This document shows positions 57,705 through 64,000 of a DNA stretch of 64,000 nt, in pieces. The stretch is from an uncultured Bacillales bacterium (GTDB taxonomy: Bacteria > Bacillota_I > Bacilli_A > RF39 > UBA660), in NCBI GenBank assembly GCA_946412015.1, contig CAMKGA010000004.1:3858-67857 (forward strand). Reading direction: 5' to 3'. Numbering within the stretch: position 1 is the first letter of the stretch; each line of letters opens with the position of its first letter. The notes below the pieces were generated by a model. It was not told the DNA's origin, did no database searches, and saw nothing but the letters and a program-made list of their open reading frames with translations. Position numbers and translations under genes: made by a program.

Positions 57705-59834
57705 ATGCAGTTAGAATTTTTAAAACTAAAAAAGGAAAATATTTTTTGTGAAGATTTTATTGATATGAATAAAAATAATATAATTGATTTTACTAATACA
57801 AACATCAGTGTTTTATATGCTCCTAATGGTGTTGGTAAAAGTAGTTTTTGTAAAGTTTTAGATAATCAAGGAGAATTTACACTTAACTATGATGGAAATC
57901 AATATTCAACTAATAATTGTAATTTGTTTCATATTATAAATGATCAGAATAGTAGAAATATTATTAAAGGAAAAGCGCAAGACTTTTTATTAGGTGATAA
58001 TATAGCTAGAGAATATGAACTTAAAGAATGGATTGATGATAAATTTGATGATATTTATAAGGATTTAAGATTATCATTAAAAAATAATATGAATTTGTCT
58101 AAAATTTCAGATAATAAATTTTCATGGATAGATCATTCATTACATAATATTCTGAAAAAGATTGTAAATGTTAGAGCAAAATCAACAGATATTAATCTAG
58201 ATGATTATATACATCTTATTCAAAAATTGAAAGAAGAAAAACTGGATGAACATAATGCTGATAAATTTAAGTATGTCATTTCTGATGAAAATTTTGAAAT
58301 TATTAATAGAATAGTGAGAATTTCTAATATTAAGGAATCAAACGATTTTTCCAAAATCGAACAATATGATGATGCTATTATTATATTAAATAAATATAAT
58401 GAATTAAGTAATTGTATAGTTTGTGATAATGACAATATTAATTCAAAAGAATTACTGGAAAAGAAGAATATTAAAAAAGCAGAAATAATTAATAATCTTG
58501 ACGATGATACTAAAAATATATTAATTGAAATTATAAATAGAATTGGTGAAACTGATCCTTTTAATATAAAAAATACTTTGACTCGTGCAATATCATCTGG
58601 AAGTATAGATATTGTTTCAAATCTTATAAAAGAGATTGAAATGTACATTAATATTTATAAATCTTTAATAAACAATTTATTATCTTCTTCACTTTCAAAA
58701 GAATTTGTTGATAAATATACAGAATATAAAGAAATGTTGACTAAAGAATTAAATATTACTGATGAGGACTTAATGTTTATTGAAGAATTTATAGAAAAAA
58801 ATATCAATAAAAGCATAAAATTACAAAGAGCAGATAATAGAATTGTTATTACTTTAGATTCTGAAGATTTAATTGGAGTAGCGCGTGAAAATTTAAAATT
58901 GAGTTCTGGTGAACAAAATTTTATTTCATTAACATTTGAACTTTTGAAAGCAAAAAATGTTGAAAATGAAATAATAGTTATAGATGATCCAATCTCAAGT
59001 TTTGACTCTATTTTTAAAAATAAATTGGTATATGCTATAGTAAAATTTTTAATAAAAAAGAAAGTAATTATTTTAACTCACAATATTGATTTAATACGAT
59101 TAATTGAATATCAAAATAAAAATAGTTTTAACATTTATTTATTTAATAATTTTGATGGACAAGAAAATGGATTTATTGAAGTTAATCGTAATGAAAAAAT
59201 GCTTTTAATTTCAATCCCTGATTTTCTCGATTTTATTCGTTCGAATGAAATTATTGAATTTGTAAAAGATGAAAAATTATATATTTATTCATTAATTCCA
59301 TTTATGAGGGGATATGTTAAATATACAGGTGATCAAGTTATAAAAAATCAATTAACAAAATTAATGCATGGATATGAAACAGAATATGTTGATTTAGGAC
59401 AAATATATTATTCACTATTTAATAATAACTTAATTAATAATTATACTATAAATATTAGTGATATATTAAGTTTAGATATTTGTAATCTAAATGAGATTAT
59501 TGACAAAAACGAATATCCAATTTTGAATAAAGTTTTATGCAATAATCTTACATATTTGTATTTAAGATTGAAAACTGAAAAAACATTAGTCGATAAATTT
59601 AGTATTAATACCACTAAATATGATCAACTTTCAAGTATAATTTTCCAATCATTTAAAGAAGAAACAATTGAAAATAGTAGGATGAGAATATTTTTCTATT
59701 CAAAAAAAACATTGCTTAACGAGTTTAATCACTTTGAAGGAAATATAAATATTTTTCAGCCTGCTATAGATATATCTGAGAATATTTTAATCAAAGAGAG
59801 AAATGAAATTTTAGATAAATTAAATAATTTATAA
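57705..59834 (+). CDS. ABC/SMC-like ATPase (AAA_15/AAA_21-type) with ~400-aa uncharacterised C-terminal region
   Basis: Walker A VLYAPNGVGKSSF, signature-like LSSGEQNF, Walker B IIVIDDPISSFD. RBS gtgggagg; 710 aa. Confidence 0.6.
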   Translation: MQLEFLKLKKENIFCEDFIDMNKNNIIDFTNTNISVLYAPNGVGKSSFCKVLDNQGEFTLNYDGNQYSTNNCNLFHIINDQNSRNIIKGKAQDFLLGDNIAREYELKEWIDDKFDDIYKDLRLSLKNNMNLSKISDNKFSWIDHSLHNILKKIVNVRAKSTDINLDDYIHLIQKLKEEKLDEHNADKFKYVISDENFEIINRIVRISNIKESNDFSKIEQYDDAIIILNKYNELSNCIVCDNDNINSKELLEKKNIKKAEIINNLDDDTKNILIEIINRIGETDPFNIKNTLTRAISSGSIDIVSNLIKEIEMYINIYKSLINNLLSSSLSKEFVDKYTEYKEMLTKELNITDEDLMFIEEFIEKNINKSIKLQRADNRIVITLDSEDLIGVARENLKLSSGEQNFISLTFELLKAKNVENEIIVIDDPISSFDSIFKNKLVYAIVKFLIKKKVIILTHNIDLIRLIEYQNKNSFNIYLFNNFDGQENGFIEVNRNEKMLLISIPDFLDFIRSNEIIEFVKDEKLYIYSLIPFMRGYVKYTGDQVIKNQLTKLMHGYETEYVDLGQIYYSLFNNNLINNYTINISDILSLDICNLNEIIDKNEYPILNKVLCNNLTYLYLRLKTEKTLVDKFSINTTKYDQLSSIIFQSFKEETIENSRMRIFFYSKKTLLNEFNHFEGNINIFQPAIDISENILIKERNEILDKLNNL

Positions 59835-59985
59835 TTAGGTTCTATGAGAGTACAGTTTTTACTCCTTTTTTCTTTTTTGTAGAATATCTTTTTATTTTTA
59901 TTTGATGTAAGATGAAAACACCTAGGAGAAGTAGTATGTAAAAGTGCACTTTTATAAAGATATATTTTATGTATGATTCTATAGA

Positions 59986-60450
59986 ATGGATACTATGGAA
60001 GAATTTATAAATCCAATTATACCAATATCGGTATTAAGTGATAGTAGAATATTATCTTTAGAAAAGTTATTATTACTACACATAATTTCTTTGTGTAAGA
60101 ATAAAGGATATTGTTGGCCTACTAATAGGTATTTTATGAATAAGGTTAATTGCACCAAGACAACAGTATCAAAGAGTATAAGTAGTTTATCAAAGTTTGG
60201 ATATATTGATATAGAAATTAATAATAGTGAAACAAATAATTCAAAGAGGATAATTAGACTATCCGAAGTGTTAAAGAAAAGAATAACAAGTATTCAAGGA
60301 AATATTAATACTAGTATTCAAAATAATTTTAACCATTATAATAAATATAATAAAAATAATAAAGATAAAATAGATAACATTTATTATGTTGATGATAATG
60401 GTATGAATACTGGCATGGTAAACCTACCCTATCAAAAGAAGCAACTATAG
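59986..60450 (+). CDS. HTH protein resembling replication-initiator N-terminal (RepA_N/DnaD-like) domain
   Basis: ISVLSDSRILSLEKLLLLHIISLCKNKGYCWPTNRYFMNKVNCTKTTVSKSISSLSKFGYI resembles the N-terminal segment of 22058..22723. Confidence 0.35.
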   Translation: MDTMEEFINPIIPISVLSDSRILSLEKLLLLHIISLCKNKGYCWPTNRYFMNKVNCTKTTVSKSISSLSKFGYIDIEINNSETNNSKRIIRLSEVLKKRITSIQGNINTSIQNNFNHYNKYNKNNKDKIDNIYYVDDNGMNTGMVNLPYQKKQL

Positions 60451-60718
60451 AAGAGCAAGAAGAGTTAGAGAGAATATTAGAGAGTTTTAAAGAAAATGAG
60501 GAAGATATAAAATGACTAAGACACTCATAAACTTAAATGAGGTGGCTTATGTTTAATATAATAGAAACTTTCAAAGATGATTCTCCTAATTTTAATGAAC
60601 TGGTAACTGAATTTATAAAAAGTATGGTAAATAGAGACTGATATCGTGGGCCAAGTTAAATTTATGTGGTATAATTTAATTGGCTTTAGTTGTTATACAA
60701 CGGAAAAGGATAGTAAGC

Positions 60719-62299
60719 TTGTATAACACTTTAAAACAGATGCCAGATTACTATAAAGCAGGAATTTATATAAGATTATCAGAAGCTGATGAAGGCAAGT
60801 CTTACGAATCTGAAAGTGAGAGTGTCCTTAACCAAAGAAATATACTAATGAATTTTATTAAGGAAAAAGGATTTATTTTTGTAGATGAATATGTAGATGA
60901 TGGATATTCTGGCACTACTTTTGATAGACCAGGATTTCAAAGACTAATTGAAGATATTAAAGCTAAAAGAATTAATCTTGTAATAGTAAAAGACTTATCA
61001 AGATTAGGTAGAGATCATATTTTAACAGGTTATTATGTTGAAACTTTCTTCCCTGAAAATGGAATAAGATTTATTTCTATGCTAGAGGGGTATGATAATG
61101 CTGTAAATCAAGCAAGCAATGATTCATCAACATTTATCTTTGCTTGTAACGATTTTTATAGTAAACAAAATTCAGTTAAAATACGTAATGTTTTAAATGA
61201 TAAAAGAAGAGATGGTAAGTTTATAGGTAGTGTTCCAAGTTATGGATATTTAAGAGATCCAGAAGATAAGGGACACTTAATACCAGACCCAGATTATGCG
61301 TGGGTAGTAAAAAAGATATTTAATATGGCTTATAGTGGAGTAGGAGTTTCTGAAATAACTACTTATTTGAATGACAATAACATTAAAACACCTAGTAGTT
61401 TAAAAAGAAAAAATCCTAATTCAAAAGCTAAATATAATCCTATGTGGACTATTTCTTCAGTTAAAAAGATATTAAAAAATCAAATGTATGTAGGTGATAT
61501 GGTACAAAGTGTACAAACTAAGGTATCATATAAATCTAATAAGAAAAAAACATTACCTAAAAGTAACTGGGATATTGTTAAAAATACTCATGAACCATTA
61601 GTAGATAGATTTATATTTGAAAGTGTTCAAAATAATGTTAAAAGAACAAATGTTTCTAATGTTACTAAAAGAGAAAAAAGATTATTTGAAAATTTATTAT
61701 ATTGTAAAGAATGTGGTAATACTTTAACAGTATCATATAGAAAACAACATAACTATTGGACCATTAATTGTAATAGATATTCAAGAGATCCAAAAAGAAG
61801 AATGTGTGAACCTCATTTTAGCCCGTATGATAAATTAGAAGAAGCATTACTTGAAGTTATAAAAAATACTTGTAAAAAGTATTTAAAAAATTTAGATATA
61901 TCAGAAATATCTAAAAATATTAATAAAAAAGATAATAGTGATATTAATAATCAGATAAATGATTTAAGAAAACAAGAAAAAGACTTAATTAGTAAATTAG
62001 ATATGCTATATCAAGATAAATTTAATGGAATAGTATCTGAAGAAATGTATTTACGAATATCTAGAGAAACAGAGAATTCTTTAATTAGAACAAGAGAAAA
62101 AATCCAAAGTCTACAAGATATAAAAGAAGAGAAGAAAGTTAATAAATCAGAAATAAAAGACTACGAAGATAAAATAAGAAAATTAATTGATATTGATAAT
62201 TCTTCAAGAGAGTTAATACAAGCCTTAATCGATAAAATTGTTATAGATAAAGATAGAAATATAGAAATTATCTATAAATTTAGTATACTTAATAATTAG
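60719..62299 (+). CDS. large serine recombinase (second copy, TnpX/TndX-like)
   Basis: YKAGIYIRLSEAD...DDGYSGTTFDRPGF...VIVKDLSRLGRD is ~70% identical to the 42605..44263 protein in the catalytic domain; C-terminal zinc ribbon and coiled-coil. Probable TTG start at 60719 (RBS aaaagga); alternative ATG at 60740. Confidence 0.9.
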   Translation: MYNTLKQMPDYYKAGIYIRLSEADEGKSYESESESVLNQRNILMNFIKEKGFIFVDEYVDDGYSGTTFDRPGFQRLIEDIKAKRINLVIVKDLSRLGRDHILTGYYVETFFPENGIRFISMLEGYDNAVNQASNDSSTFIFACNDFYSKQNSVKIRNVLNDKRRDGKFIGSVPSYGYLRDPEDKGHLIPDPDYAWVVKKIFNMAYSGVGVSEITTYLNDNNIKTPSSLKRKNPNSKAKYNPMWTISSVKKILKNQMYVGDMVQSVQTKVSYKSNKKKTLPKSNWDIVKNTHEPLVDRFIFESVQNNVKRTNVSNVTKREKRLFENLLYCKECGNTLTVSYRKQHNYWTINCNRYSRDPKRRMCEPHFSPYDKLEEALLEVIKNTCKKYLKNLDISEISKNINKKDNSDINNQINDLRKQEKDLISKLDMLYQDKFNGIVSEEMYLRISRETENSLIRTREKIQSLQDIKEEKKVNKSEIKDYEDKIRKLIDIDNSSRELIQALIDKIVIDKDRNIEIIYKFSILNN

Positions 62300-62413
62300 A
62301 ACTTTGTCGCAAACTGAGACAAGGTGTACATATAAAAATTGATAAACTACTTATACAACTATTGTAATTAGAACATATGTTTGATATAATATATACAGCA
62401 AAGGAGGTATCTT

Positions 62414-63271
62414 ATGAATCAAGATAAAATGCATTTAGTAAATAAAATATTTAATAATGAAACAATTAGAACTGTTTGGGACAAGGAGCAAGAAAAATAT
62501 TTTATAAGTGTTGTTGACATAGTTGGAGTACTTGCCGATAGCACTGAACCTAGAAAGTATTGGAATTGGTTAAAAAGTAAGTTAAAAAAAGAAGAAAATT
62601 TTGAAACGTCTAGTATTACTAGACAGTTGAAATTGAAAGCCCAAGATGGTAAATATCGTATGACTGATGTTGTTGATATTGAAGGAATGTTTAGAATTAT
62701 TGAATCAGTTCCTAGCAAGAATGCAGAGCCTATAAAACAATGGCTAGCTAAACTAGGTAGTGAGAGAATAAATGAAACATTTGATCCTTCATTAGCAGCA
62801 CAAAGAGCGATAGACTTATATAGAGCTAAAGGTTATGATGAAAAATGGATTGCAAAAAGAATTAAAGGTATTCAGGATAGAAAACAACTTACTGATTTAT
62901 GGAAAGATGGTGGAATAACTGAATCAAAGGAATATGCAATTCTAACAAATGAAATTTATAAAGAATGGTCTGGCATGACTGCTAAAGAGTACAAATCATT
63001 TAAAGGACTTAGGAAAGAATCACTCCGAGATAATATGACTGATGTTGAAGTAGCACTAGCAGATTTAGGAGAAATAGCAACTAGAGAAATTGCCAAAAAG
63101 AAAAATCCAAAGGGTTTAAATGAAAATATAGATGTAGCAAGGCGTGGCGGTAAAATTGCTGGTAATGCAAGAAAAGAATTAGAACACGAAATAGGCGAAA
63201 GTGTAGTTACTAATGCAAATGCTTTAAACTATCAATATGTAGATGAAAGAGAAATTGAAATGAAAAATTAA
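62414..63271 (+). CDS. Bro-N domain protein (phage antirepressor / DinD-like)
   Basis: N-terminal ...IRTVWDKEQEKYFISVVDIVGVLADSTEPRKYWNWLK fits the Bro-N pattern; RBS aaaggagg. Confidence 0.65.
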   Translation: MNQDKMHLVNKIFNNETIRTVWDKEQEKYFISVVDIVGVLADSTEPRKYWNWLKSKLKKEENFETSSITRQLKLKAQDGKYRMTDVVDIEGMFRIIESVPSKNAEPIKQWLAKLGSERINETFDPSLAAQRAIDLYRAKGYDEKWIAKRIKGIQDRKQLTDLWKDGGITESKEYAILTNEIYKEWSGMTAKEYKSFKGLRKESLRDNMTDVEVALADLGEIATREIAKKKNPKGLNENIDVARRGGKIAGNARKELEHEIGESVVTNANALNYQYVDEREIEMKN

Positions 63272-63362
63272 TTACTCTAAGATGTAATAATTTTGAAAAA
63301 CAAAAAGTTATTACGCTTAACCGTAATAACTTTCTAAAATAAAAAAGTAGTAGGTGAGGTAA

Positions 63363-64000
63363 ATGGATAATAAATTTAATAATATGATTAATGAGTTTTT
63401 AGCAAATACTGATGCTAAAGATGAAAAAGAACTTAATGAAAAATTACAAGAGTTTATAAAAATGTATAATAATGGAGAAATAGAATATGAAAATACACCT
63501 CTAGATGATGCATATGAAATATTAGAAGAAGCACAAAATGCAAAAACTGAAAAAGAGGCTATAAAGTTGGCTAAAAAGGCATATGAAAAATCAAGAGAAT
63601 GTTTTGATGCAATTTTATTTCAATGTGATTTAGAAGAAAACGGAATAAAAAGAATGAAACTTTTAGATGATGGTTTAGAATTTGAAAAAAGCAGATTAAC
63701 AAAAGAGAAATATTTTGATAAAGAAAATATTGGACATTTTTATGGAATATTTGAAACAAGACCATACATTAGAGGATTGGTTATTAAAGCAGAGTATTTA
63801 CTAGAAGAAGGAAAAATAAGTCAAGCAGAAAATGTATGTAGGGAAGTTTTAAGATTAAATGAGAATGATAATATGGGTGCTAGATATTTATTAATGGCAA
63901 TATATGCAACATTAGAAAAGGAAAACGATATGTTGAAATTGTATAAAAAATATCCAGAAGAAGATTTAGAGATGATGTTCCCTTTATTTGCTCTATACTA
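63363..64000 (+). CDS. hypothetical protein, truncated by window end
   Basis: ORF starts MDNKFNNMINEF with RBS gtaggtgagg and continues to the edge; no domain recognised. Confidence 0.3.
   Translation, partial: MDNKFNNMINEFLANTDAKDEKELNEKLQEFIKMYNNGEIEYENTPLDDAYEILEEAQNAKTEKEAIKLAKKAYEKSRECFDAILFQCDLEENGIKRMKLLDDGLEFEKSRLTKEKYFDKENIGHFYGIFETRPYIRGLVIKAEYLLEEGKISQAENVCREVLRLNENDNMGARYLLMAIYATLEKENDMLKLYKKYPEEDLEMMFPLFALY

Overview
This is a very AT-rich chromosome segment from a spore-forming, Clostridia-type Firmicute. Sporulation genes present are spoIID, a spoIIQ-like degenerate M23 protein, an mbl/mreB homolog and cotJB-cotJC. The first ~15.7 kb is a conserved origin-proximal backbone running rplI, dnaB, a LysM/M23 peptidase, walJ-like MBL hydrolase, rlmH, tilS, ftsH, a FemAB-family gene, a SpoVB-like flippase, rpiB, spoIID, spoIIQ-like and mbl. 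This is followed by a 7-tRNA array (Leu, Ser, fMet, Asp, Phe, Arg, Pro). From there on the window is mostly accessory DNA: (1) A ~6.4 kb tyrosine-integrase island sits in the 3' end of tRNA-Pro (16.5-22.9 kb) with direct-repeat att sites. It carries an XRE regulator, a 629-aa unknown protein and an Abi_2 abortive-infection gene that is itself bracketed by 39-bp direct repeats. (2) A type-IV-pilin-like gene has a compositionally foreign GC-rich 3' end. (3) A decayed conjugative remnant holds an N-truncated T4 coupling protein, a Dam-class methyltransferase and a frameshifted SLT transglycosylase, next to an HD dGTPase-like gene. (4) A core stretch contains an LCP protein, cotJBC, mtnN, a second Abi_2 and a PnuC/NrtR-like nucleoside-NAD salvage cluster ending in rdgB. 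(5) From ~41.7 kb to the window end there is a mosaic mobile region that starts at a truncated amidase gene and contains two divergently oriented large serine recombinases (42.6-44.3 kb and 60.7-62.3 kb). Between them lie a sipW/TasA-like fibre operon with a PASTA-domain membrane protein and a giant 1906-aa Listeria-Bacteroides-repeat / beta-helix / C-terminal CX5R phosphatase-like surface protein. Also there are a TnpV-like gene and a tightly overlapping four-gene defence-like cassette (T5orf172 GIY-YIG protein, EcoRI-family m6A methyltransferase, DUF262+HNH nuclease, ~720-aa ABC/SMC-like ATPase). The cassette does not obviously match a named system and is the best candidate for a new defence module. 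All calls rest on reading the translated ORFs and DNA by eye; no searches were run. RNA and repeat coordinates may be off by a few nt.
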